From NCBI RefSeq assembly GCF_000018785.1, contig NC_010163.1, forward strand, positions 120,001 to 152,000: a stretch of 32,000 bases of DNA, written 5' to 3'. Both the position numbers and the translations under genes were made by a program. This DNA comes from Acholeplasma laidlawii PG-8A (GTDB taxonomy: Bacteria; Bacillota_I; Bacilli_A; Acholeplasmatales; Acholeplasmataceae). The notes beneath the pieces were generated by a model. That model searched no databases and was not told where the DNA came from. It saw nothing but the letters and a program-made list of their open reading frames with translations. Numbering within the stretch: position 1 is the stretch's first letter; each line of letters opens with the position of its first letter. This document shows positions 20,201-26,842 of the stretch, piece by piece.

Positions 20201-20817
20201 TTGAAACTAAATCATTTAATATTACAGTTAATTCAATTTCAAGTTTTACAGGTTACTATTCAGTATTAAATGGTTTATCTGGTAATGCTTTTAAATCAGC
20301 TTTAACAAATATGATTAAGACTATGGGTTCACAATCAGGTTCTACAAGCCAAGTACAAGCAATTGATAATTACAATGGAAAAAACTATAATATCTATACT
20401 GGTTTTGGTGCATATGGTAACCGTGAACACGTTGTACCAGCATCTAAACTAAGAGCAGTTGGTGCTAAAGAAGATGACTTACATAACTTAAGAGCTGCAG
20501 TAGTATCAGTCAACTCAACACGTTCTAATTATCCATTTACAAATGCTGCAACAGGTGCTAATTGGAAGTTGATTAATGGTGCATTCTACCCAGGTGAAGA
20601 ACACGTAGGGGATGTAGCGCGTATTGTATTATATATCACATTACGTAACAACATTAAGATTACTGAAGTTGGTTCATACCAAATGTTTTTAACATGGCAT
20701 GAACAAGATCCAGTAAGTGATTTTGAGATATCTAGAAACGAAAAAATATTTGGAATTCAAAAGAGCCGTAATCCATTTATTGATCATCCAGAATTAGTAA
20801 ATGTTTTATTTAGCTAA
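17293..20817 (+). CDS. Large endonuclease I family lipoprotein with two Ig-like repeats and OB-fold-like region, nuclease 2
   Basis: IVSC lipobox; two copies of 'PVI(T/S)GAKDI.Y.IG...Y..GVSA.D.VDG.V.V'; OB-like 'VKTVGVVTSVYTKGNELFVFMEDQTAAILVRIP'; nuclease domain YGNREHVVPASKLRAVGAKEDDLHNLRAAVVSVNSTRSN. The start codon is uncertain; see findings. Confidence 0.85.
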   Translation: MLISIFIVSCESIDTLPTELLEKVEINLSEGDRLDHITSDFSLPSGLEDNKEITITWTSSDPVVILIENNMGKVTRQSADKSVTLTAKVTLGSNSKDITFDLIVIKLEDVITPDTTKPVITGAKDINYTIGDAEPSYLDGVSATDDVDGEVDVTVDTTNVNLSVKGVYNIIYTAMDNAGNKEEVTVIVIVTSNEVPVVGETVTFKYTGTTTGNMTTGNNAVSVGLVESVFNVTTDSVGEFNNIIGLNKDGSVRLYADRTTGNGNTLTVATLGEQKINAITIVFGVGSNTVEGETSGLLKLGSQEITLGLADLSSTTKTYTDLDIKEFSLKNTTTGTKSGQIWIVSIDITYGGSGSVTPGEDAVAPVISGAKDITYVIGQDAPNYLAGVSALDAVDGVVQVSVDASAVNLEVSGTYDVIYTATDLKGNVAEVVVQITVTDGEEVVDQETLVHHFQFTGDLQHGYSDSAEASVLKDTVTNKNVDILKKRANTTGNELILSGASTSQTTAWIVFNFQTKINKITFNLKTWSDLDLAATTVAKLQTKVGSNWVDILDLLPHLTVDGKLIEVTDVELDNLRIFVDASVGTQNTARIKISDLKMFNLKPAKPAEQLNVELDRNQLSIPTTFIENGVATLSKVGAKGSTIVWSYTSATNTNNNLINLSTGAVTVPSEGQVEVSLTATLTNGEFSLTKQFIVKLGEGNPTTILSVRGETNQSFVKTVGVVTSVYTKGNELFVFMEDQTAAILVRIPTSLNATLKAGDEIEVRGTKLTENSNIYIGNIRGVKKLATKEASPLIITADKIANNPSKLVSIFGLMSTKYTNTQTNYVLHTNQGSFTIYVPQDLNQTEKLAIQNKLANLDPGLRVSVIAPVYKEGSNNYIFVTSASELIVDNTVDFNNVSAIILDNIVLPTIGTSTSSNLDLTVAGELLFGATINWVSSNPAVLSNTGVINQGDNDVVVTLTYTILFDSEVVETKSFNITVNSISSFTGYYSVLNGLSGNAFKSALTNMIKTMGSQSGSTSQVQAIDNYNGKNYNIYTGFGAYGNREHVVPASKLRAVGAKEDDLHNLRAAVVSVNSTRSNYPFTNAATGANWKLINGAFYPGEEHVGDVARIVLYITLRNNIKITEVGSYQMFLTWHEQDPVSDFEISRNEKIFGIQKSRNPFIDHPELVNVLFS
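17641..17875 (+). repeat. Ig-like domain repeat, copy 1 (inside nuclease 2)
   Basis: KPVITGAKDINYTIGDAEPSYLDGVSATDDVDGEVDVTVDTTNVNLSVKGVYNIIYTAMDNAGNKEEVTVIVIVT. Confidence 0.7.
18382..18606 (+). repeat. Ig-like domain repeat, copy 2 (inside nuclease 2)
   Basis: APVISGAKDITYVIGQDAPNYLAGVSALDAVDGVVQVSVDASAVNLEVSGTYDVIYTATDLKGNVAEVVVQITVT. Confidence 0.7.
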
Positions 20818-20885
20818 TCACTTTGACTAATAAGTCTTAGAAAGTAAGCTTAGACTCATCAATTATAAAAGGCAATAAACTTAAT

Positions 20886-20939
20886 AAGATGTTAGTAGTG
20901 ATTTATATAATCTATAAAAATACTACTAACATCTTTTTT
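20886..20939 (+). terminator. Terminator after nuclease 2
   Basis: AGATGTTAGTAGT ... ACTACTAACATCTTTTTTC, about 13-bp stem. Confidence 0.75.
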
Positions 20940-21078
20940 CATAAAGGGTTAGTATTTCAAATTTAGGATATAATATATAATAACTTAATCACAAGGATGT
21001 AGATTTAATAAAAATTATGTCTTAGAAAAGTCTAAAAGAAAAATTAATGGTAAAATAGGGTAAACTAGGGAGAAGTTT

Positions 21079-22227
21079 ATGAGAAAAATAAGTATTGGAT
21101 TCATGATTCTATTTTTTACCTTTATATTGGTATCTTGTAGTGCTAGTCCAAGCGATATGGAGTTTAGACTACAGCAACCTACGAATATAAAAGTAGAAAA
21201 AAATATTTTAACATTTAGTGAGGTAGAGGGAGCAAGTTCATATATTTTAAGTATTAATGGAGAAAATATTAATATATATGAAACAACATATACCTTTACA
21301 GAAGATGGGTCATACAAGGTGCGTATACAAGCGCTTAGCGGTGTAGAAGACTTTGTAGATTCTTTGTTTACGGATGCTTATGAGTTTAAGGTTAGATTCT
21401 TACAATATCCAGATGATATTGGAGTTTTAAATAACCAAGTATTCTTTACACGCGATGAAGATGCTGACAGCTATGATGTAGAAATTAATGGCACAGTATA
21501 CAATTCAAAAGAAGATTTACCACCATACTTAGAACCGGGCACCTATGAAATACGCGTTAAGGCAAGAAGTGATATGTATAATGAATCTGAATTTTCTCCA
21601 ATAACGAAAGTTATTGTAGATAAATCAGATAGAGTAGTTACAAAGCATAACTACCAGTATAGTATTAACTCTAAATTTGAGTTACCACTATACACCTATA
21701 AAACAATAGGTTTAAACTATATTGAACTATTTGAAGCAAAAAAAGAAGATGATCATTTAGTAGAAGAAAATGCATTAAGTGAACGTATAGACTATTACGC
21801 GTTTAATCAAACTATCTACTTTAGCACAAGTTACATGAATTTTTTAACTAAGAATCTAAAAGATAATCAGCAATTAAAACAAGAAGTTTTAACATTTGTG
21901 ATTCACACGAATTTAGGAGATCATGAAATTACACTTGAGATTAATAGATTAGATACACCTTATGCTTATAACGGTCAAATTCAAAGTACTAACTTTAAAG
22001 ATGACGTAGAATTCTTATTTGAAACATTTGATTATGTATTTATCAGTGTAGAAGGTTATGATATTAAGGATATGCATTTTAAATTTGAAAATGGTGAATT
22101 AATCCTTTATGCAGACTACATACTTGATACTTATGGATTTAAAAGAAGTGCTGAAAAATTAGAATTTACTGTGATCTTTCAAAAAGATGGTATCAACTAT
22201 AAATACCCAATATATATATTAAAATAG
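21079..22227 (+). CDS. Lipoprotein with fibronectin-III-like repeats
   Basis: Lipobox ILVSC; 'QQPTNIKVEKNILTFSEVEGASSYILSINGENINIYETTYTFTEDGSYKVRIQA' is a typical Fn3-like bacterial surface module. Related to the ORF at 27443. Confidence 0.7.
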   Translation: MRKISIGFMILFFTFILVSCSASPSDMEFRLQQPTNIKVEKNILTFSEVEGASSYILSINGENINIYETTYTFTEDGSYKVRIQALSGVEDFVDSLFTDAYEFKVRFLQYPDDIGVLNNQVFFTRDEDADSYDVEINGTVYNSKEDLPPYLEPGTYEIRVKARSDMYNESEFSPITKVIVDKSDRVVTKHNYQYSINSKFELPLYTYKTIGLNYIELFEAKKEDDHLVEENALSERIDYYAFNQTIYFSTSYMNFLTKNLKDNQQLKQEVLTFVIHTNLGDHEITLEINRLDTPYAYNGQIQSTNFKDDVEFLFETFDYVFISVEGYDIKDMHFKFENGELILYADYILDTYGFKRSAEKLEFTVIFQKDGINYKYPIYILK

Positions 22228-22236
22228 GTGGATAAA

Positions 22237-22503
22237 ATGAAATTAAAAAAAGATTATATTTTAAAAACTGTTGCTGGTGAACATATTGTAGTACCTATAG
22301 GTGTTGAGGCAACTAAATTTCATGGCATGATTACATTAAATGAAACAGGTAAGTTTTTATTTGAAAACTTAAAAGAAGAAACAACAGAAGAAATACTTAT
22401 CATGAAACTACTTGAAAGTTATGATGTGACACCTTCTCGTGCTAAAACAGATGTTGATAAGTTTCTTGGGTTACTAAAGAAACACAATTTATTTGATAAT
22501 TAA
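22237..22503 (+). CDS. PqqD family protein (RiPP precursor recognition element-like)
   Basis: KKDYILKTVAGEHIVVPIG...FHGMITLNETGKFLFENLKEETTEEILIMKLLESYDVTPSRAKTDVDKFLGLLKKHNLF. Starts immediately after the 21079 ORF (GTG 22228 or ATG 22237). Confidence 0.88.
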   Translation: MKLKKDYILKTVAGEHIVVPIGVEATKFHGMITLNETGKFLFENLKEETTEEILIMKLLESYDVTPSRAKTDVDKFLGLLKKHNLFDN

Positions 22504-22522
22504 ACATAGTATTTTATTATTT

Positions 22523-22549
22523 ACAGGTGACATTTTAAATGTCACCTGT
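22523..22549 (+). terminator. Strong terminator after pqqD-like gene
   Basis: ACAGGTGACAT-tttaa-ATGTCACCTGT followed by TTTATT. Confidence 0.8.
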
Positions 22550-22701
22550 TTTATTAAGTAATAAGAAAATATAAGTAATAAACGCTATTATATTGGAAAC
22601 TGGGAGCGTTTTACTAAATTAGTTGATTTATTTTAATATATATAATACAATGTAGTGTTACTTGTAAATATTGATTCATGCAAAGGGGCACTTACTTTAA
22701 A

Positions 22702-22764
22702 ATGTACAATAAAGTTATTAGTCTAATGGGTAGCATTTTATCAAATTTAAATATAAGAGACTGA
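22702..22764 (+). CDS. Possible 20-aa peptide MYNKVISLMGSILSNLNIRD
   Basis: ATG with AAAGGGG about 13 nt upstream; the stop codon lies in the left arm of the terminator. Confidence 0.2.
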   Translation: MYNKVISLMGSILSNLNIRD

Positions 22765-22787
22765 CCATTTTTTTGGTCGGTCTCTTT
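22755..22787 (+). terminator. Rho-independent terminator
   Basis: AAGAGACTGACC-atttttttt-GGTCGGTCTCTTTT. Confidence 0.75.
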
Positions 22788-22858
22788 TAATGATTTAAGT
22801 GAGATTATGGTATCTAAATGATTAGTAAATTGAATGTAAACATTAAGTAAAGTCTTAG

Positions 22859-22876
22859 GATCTAAGGTCTTAGATC
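22859..22876 (+). promoter_or_regulatory. Inverted repeat GATCTAAG-GT-CTTAGATC upstream of the 47-aa peptide gene (candidate operator)
   Basis: 8-bp perfect arms with a 2-nt centre, partly repeated on the left (GTCTTAG), about 15 nt upstream of TATACT at 22891. Confidence 0.4.
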
Positions 22877-22947
22877 ATGAATTTGTATAGTATACTAATG
22901 AAGGTATCTTATAAGTAAATAAAAATAAATAAAGGGAGAGAAAAGAC

Positions 22948-23091
22948 ATGAAGAAAGAAACACTTAAAAAGAAGACTTATGATAGTCCAACTATAGAGGT
23001 TACTGAGTTTTCAATGAAGGATTCGATTGCTACAAGCGGTGTTGGAGCTGCGTTTTTTGAGCAAGTATGGGGCGGCGGAGGAAGTGTATAA
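22948..23091 (+). CDS. 47-aa RiPP precursor-like peptide MKKETLKKKTYDSPTIEVTEFSMKDSIATSGVGAAFFEQVWGGGGSV
   Basis: AAAGGGAG RBS, ATG 22948, stop TAA 23089..23091 overlapping the ATG of the next gene at 23091. Leader YxxPxIEV; TSG junction; Gly-rich tail. Not in the supplied ORF track (too short). Confidence 0.75.
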   Translation: MKKETLKKKTYDSPTIEVTEFSMKDSIATSGVGAAFFEQVWGGGGSV

Positions 23092-25586
23092 TGAAAAAAA
23101 TTAGTATTTTCTTTTTAGCATTAGTTGGATTAGTACTTATTGGTATGCACGCTGCACCTAAAGCTGCAGCTGCGGGGTTTGGCAATACTTATTCGTTTGA
23201 TGTTACTATTGTACATGGTGAGAGTAATCTTGATGTACATAAACCAGATCTAGGTAGTTTTAATCATGGTAATAAAGTATCTATTGATATTACCTCTTTA
23301 AATGGTTTAGAGGCAGTTAATTCTAAACAATTTGCGTTCTTTGTTGTTAATGGACAAATAATAGAAAATAATTTAGAACAATTTATGGTTACATCAAATA
23401 GTAAAATTACGGCTGTCTTCACAAATGGTGAAGAAAAGGCTGCAGTTTTTATTGATTCTAACGGTGAGTTTTTATCAGTTGATTATGTTGATGGGGAAAC
23501 AGCTCCAGTCGCACCTAGTGTCGCTAACTTATCAAAACCAGGGTTAACACCTGTTGCGTTTGGGGTTCTAGATCCAATCTCGGAACATACAGTATATGTC
23601 GTGGATTATGTACTTACTAATCCAGAAGCAACAGTCATGATTAACGGCGAAGCTCATCCATATAACTCAGTTGTTACATTAACTGCTGAAGGTCCATTTA
23701 CACACTGGGAAGAAGATGGGGTTGTTGTATCGTATAATCCTAATTATAAATTCTCAGCGTTACGAGATAGAATAATTACTCAAAAGTCAGATGGTGGAAC
23801 ACCTTCAACAATTATTACACTGTCAGATGATTTGGGTTTAAGAAGTAGTGAAGGTAAATCTAGTTTCTTAGGACAGTTTGAATTAACCGCTGGTCAAGAG
23901 TTTGTCGAATCTGGTATCTTGGCAAGTGATGTATTTGTTAATAACTTAACAATTGACACACCAAATGTACAAGTTATCTCATCAGACGCTATTCAACCAA
24001 ACACTAATGAGTTTTTAAGAACTGTTGATACAGATGCATTCGCACTTATTAGAGGATATGTTAAAACTAATACGGGTGTTTACTACTCTGATAATTTTAC
24101 ACCAAAAACAAATACAGGCTTGATGATATATGAAGTTTATGGTGGCGGTGGTAATAGTGGAGCACTTTATACGAATGATTATGCTGTTCTTTATAATGGA
24201 ACTTCAGTTGACATTGATTTATCAAATTATACGCTACAATATGCAAGTGCTACTGGCCAGTTTACCAATAAAGATGAACTAAGTGGTACGATTTTAGCAG
24301 GTAAATACTTTGTAGTAAAATTAGGCGGTGGATCTACAGAATCTGATCTTCCAAGAGTTGACTTTACTGGTACTTTAAACCTATCTGGAACAAGTGGTAA
24401 GATTGCACTTGTTCTAGGTACGACTGAAGTGTCAACTAATGATTTATATAATGTAGTAGACCTTGTAGGTTTTGGTTCAGCAAATAAATATGAAGGTAAT
24501 GCAGCGGTCGGTGTTTTAAGCAACTCAACATCGGCTAAAAGAAGTAGTTTTATTGACTCGAATAATAACGGTGAAGATTTTACTGTTGGAACACCAGACC
24601 TGACGTATACATTAGATGGAGAATTTTATACGGTAGCATTTAATACAAATGGTGGAAATACTATATATGATGTAGAAGTTTATGAAAATAATAAAGTATC
24701 ACAACCTACAAATCCGACTAAACCAGGATATGTATTTGAAAATTGGTACACTTCAGCCGACTTTACCACTGTGTTTGATTTCAATACCTTAATAAATATG
24801 GATACCACTATTTATGCTAACTGGTTGGTTGAACGAACAGTGACATTTGTTGATGGAGAAACAACATTGAGTACATTAAAAGTAGCTAATGGGTTAAAAG
24901 CAACAAGGCCATCAAATCCTATTAAGTCAGGATATGCATTTGTTGATTGGTATGAGGATTCTGAATTTACTATTTTATTTGATTTTAATACAGAAATCAC
25001 AGCCGATAAAACGGTTTATGCTAGATTTGATTTAGATGATACTCCTGTAGTCGATACTATTGTGTCGGTGTTAAAACCCACAGATTCAGGATATCCGACA
25101 TCATATGGTAATATGACCTGGACTAGAGATACAGTTACATTCAGTGGTCAACAATTGACTAGGAATGGGAATGGAAGTTCAACGCCTTATGTAATACAAG
25201 GTAACAGTAATAGAAATCCTAGGTCAAATATAACTTCAAGTCAATTGCCAGGAAACTTACAGTTTGTAAGAATAACATTGGCTAGTTCAGGTACATTTGC
25301 CGGGGCATCAGCAAAAATGTATGTTGAAGTTTCTAGTACATCTGATTTTTTAGTAAGTACGAAATATGGTATAGGATCAGGCTATACATCAAACGCTAAT
25401 ATCACATTAACAGGCCACGCGAATGGAACTACCATAACAAATGCACTCACTTTAGCTGACCCCACACCAACAACTCCAAGTATTGTCTTTAATATTTCAT
25501 CTGATAATGCACGTTTTGTAAGGATTGTTTGGGAAAGTGGAGCATCTTATTACAGTTCAATTGAATTTGAATATAATTCAAAGTAA
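23091..25586 (+). CDS. Secreted multidomain protein, 5' part of frameshifted nuclease 3 (LTD-like domain, Listeria-Bacteroides repeats, F5/8-type C-like region)
   Basis: Signal peptide MKKISIFFLALVGLVLIGMHAAPKAAAAG; 'GLMIYEVYGGGGNSGALYTNDYAVLYNGTSVDIDLSNYTLQYAS' (LTD-like); two 'VxFxxxxxxxxxxxVxxxxxxxxPxxPxKxGYxFxxWYxxxxFxxxFDFNT' repeats. Confidence 0.8.
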   Translation: MKKISIFFLALVGLVLIGMHAAPKAAAAGFGNTYSFDVTIVHGESNLDVHKPDLGSFNHGNKVSIDITSLNGLEAVNSKQFAFFVVNGQIIENNLEQFMVTSNSKITAVFTNGEEKAAVFIDSNGEFLSVDYVDGETAPVAPSVANLSKPGLTPVAFGVLDPISEHTVYVVDYVLTNPEATVMINGEAHPYNSVVTLTAEGPFTHWEEDGVVVSYNPNYKFSALRDRIITQKSDGGTPSTIITLSDDLGLRSSEGKSSFLGQFELTAGQEFVESGILASDVFVNNLTIDTPNVQVISSDAIQPNTNEFLRTVDTDAFALIRGYVKTNTGVYYSDNFTPKTNTGLMIYEVYGGGGNSGALYTNDYAVLYNGTSVDIDLSNYTLQYASATGQFTNKDELSGTILAGKYFVVKLGGGSTESDLPRVDFTGTLNLSGTSGKIALVLGTTEVSTNDLYNVVDLVGFGSANKYEGNAAVGVLSNSTSAKRSSFIDSNNNGEDFTVGTPDLTYTLDGEFYTVAFNTNGGNTIYDVEVYENNKVSQPTNPTKPGYVFENWYTSADFTTVFDFNTLINMDTTIYANWLVERTVTFVDGETTLSTLKVANGLKATRPSNPIKSGYAFVDWYEDSEFTILFDFNTEITADKTVYARFDLDDTPVVDTIVSVLKPTDSGYPTSYGNMTWTRDTVTFSGQQLTRNGNGSSTPYVIQGNSNRNPRSNITSSQLPGNLQFVRITLASSGTFAGASAKMYVEVSSTSDFLVSTKYGIGSGYTSNANITLTGHANGTTITNALTLADPTPTTPSIVFNISSDNARFVRIVWESGASYYSSIEFEYNSK
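24620..25032 (+). repeat. Two InlB-type (Listeria-Bacteroides) repeats
   Basis: YTVAFNTNGGNTIYDVEVYENNKVSQPTNPTKPGYVFENWYTSADFTTVFDFNT and RTVTFVDGETTLSTLKVANGLKATRPSNPIKSGYAFVDWYEDSEFTILFDFNT. Confidence 0.75.
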
Positions 25587-26584
25587 ATAACCCTACTGAA
25601 GACAACGAATCGCCAATAATTACATTAGAACCGGGCGTAAGTCCGGTTCGACTCTCAGTAGGGGATTCATGGACATTACCTACTGCAACTGCAGTAGATA
25701 ATGTTGAAGGTGAAATTTCATTTATAGATGTAGATACTACACTTATCAATCAATTCTATAATAGTTCTACAAGTCAATATATATTCACAACAACAGGTAC
25801 CTATGAAGTGGAATTCACTGCAGCAGATGAATCCGGAAATATAGCTACCAAAGTTATAATAATTATTGTGAGTGATGGTGTAGATAGTTATACAGGCTAT
25901 TATGAGTCTATTAATGGACTTAGTGGCCAAGCACTAGTAGATGAATTGTATACTGTCCTAAATAATACAGGACAATATACTACAACAACATATGGCGCAG
26001 CTAGATATCATCTAGAACAAACCGATGCATGGATAGGATTTAATACAAACTACTTGTATTTAATTTATACAGATACATTAAAGGGATCTGTAAGTAGTGG
26101 ATATCCTGATGAAGGATATGCACTAGCAAAATGGGATGAAGGTGCTACTTGGAATAGAGAACACGTTTGGGCTAAATCTTTATTTGGTACAGGTAACTAC
26201 GAACCGGGAGCTTCAACAAGAGGTATTGATGCAGACTTACATAACTTAAGAGCTGCCGACACAACTGTAAACTCCACAAGAAGCAACAACCTATTTATTA
26301 ACCAAGTATACAATGCAGGTGGTTTTGGTAACTACAATTCAAAATGGTATCCAGGAGATCACCATAGAGGGGATGTTGCTAGAATCTTATTCTACATGGA
26401 TATTAGATGGGGTGGTTTAACCAACTTATCTAACATAGGTGATTTAGCAACACTGCTCCAGTGGCATGAACTAGATCCAGTGGATGATTTTGAAATCAAT
26501 AGAAATAATCTAATATATGGATTCCAAAACAATAGAAATCCATTTATTGATCATCCAGAACTTGTCGATAAAATTTGGGCATAA
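25583..26584 (+). CDS. 3' part of nuclease 3: Ig-like module plus endonuclease I family domain, -1 frame relative to the 5' part
   Basis: Continuous frame from 25577: ...VNNPTEDNESPIITLEPGVSPVRLSVGDSWTLPTATAVDNVEGEISF...GTYEVEFTAADESGNIATKV...TWNREHVWAKSLF...DADLHNLRAADTTVNSTRSNN. The track start at GTG 25808 falls inside the Ig-like module. Confidence 0.8.
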   Translation, partial: VNNPTEDNESPIITLEPGVSPVRLSVGDSWTLPTATAVDNVEGEISFIDVDTTLINQFYNSSTSQYIFTTTGTYEVEFTAADESGNIATKVIIIIVSDGVDSYTGYYESINGLSGQALVDELYTVLNNTGQYTTTTYGAARYHLEQTDAWIGFNTNYLYLIYTDTLKGSVSSGYPDEGYALAKWDEGATWNREHVWAKSLFGTGNYEPGASTRGIDADLHNLRAADTTVNSTRSNNLFINQVYNAGGFGNYNSKWYPGDHHRGDVARILFYMDIRWGGLTNLSNIGDLATLLQWHELDPVDDFEINRNNLIYGFQNNRNPFIDHPELVDKIWA

Positions 26585-26606
26585 TAAATCAATAATCAAT
26601 CATAAT

Positions 26607-26645
26607 AAGCAGCAATCACATATATGAATGTGTATTGCTGCTTTT
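26607..26645 (+). terminator. Terminator after nuclease 3
   Basis: AAGCAGCAAT.CACAT-atatga-ATGTG.TATTGCTGCTTTT. Confidence 0.75.
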
Positions 26646-26842
26646 AATGAGATTATGTAATCAAAATAGAATCAGATATAAATTCATAACGTTTTTATTA
26701 AACATAACTAGATTTATGTAGAGCTCAATACAGATAAGCATTATATGAATTAGCTTAAATATGTTACAATATGATGTTAGGTTTATAAAAATATATAGAG
26801 ATAGATTAAATCTTTGTATAATAAAAATAGGGGATTTGTAAA

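Larger units (their letters stand above)
22641..22789 (+). ncRNA. Candidate short transcript (sRNA or micro-ORF mRNA) between two terminators
   Basis: TATAAT at 22641..22646 and an intrinsic terminator at 22755..22787, with no annotated ORF between. Contains a 20-aa ORF at 22702..22764. Confidence 0.3.

Noticed and set aside
17397-21317. Minus-strand ORFs antisense to nuclease 2 and the Fn3-like lipoprotein
   Set aside because: Compositional shadows of repetitive surface-protein genes.
23067-23090. Track start MGRRRKCI for the nuclease 3 gene
   Set aside because: This stretch is the GGGGSV coding end of the 47-aa peptide read in another frame; the signal peptide starts at ATG 23091.
22948-23091. 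Firm assignment of the peptide as a lasso peptide
   Set aside because: Leader and core rules fit, but the essential cyclase and leader peptidase are absent from the window, so it is kept as a hypothesis.
25808-25810. Independent gene start at GTG 25808
   Set aside because: It is inside an Ig-like module whose frame extends upstream to 25577, with no RBS; better explained as a frameshifted continuation.
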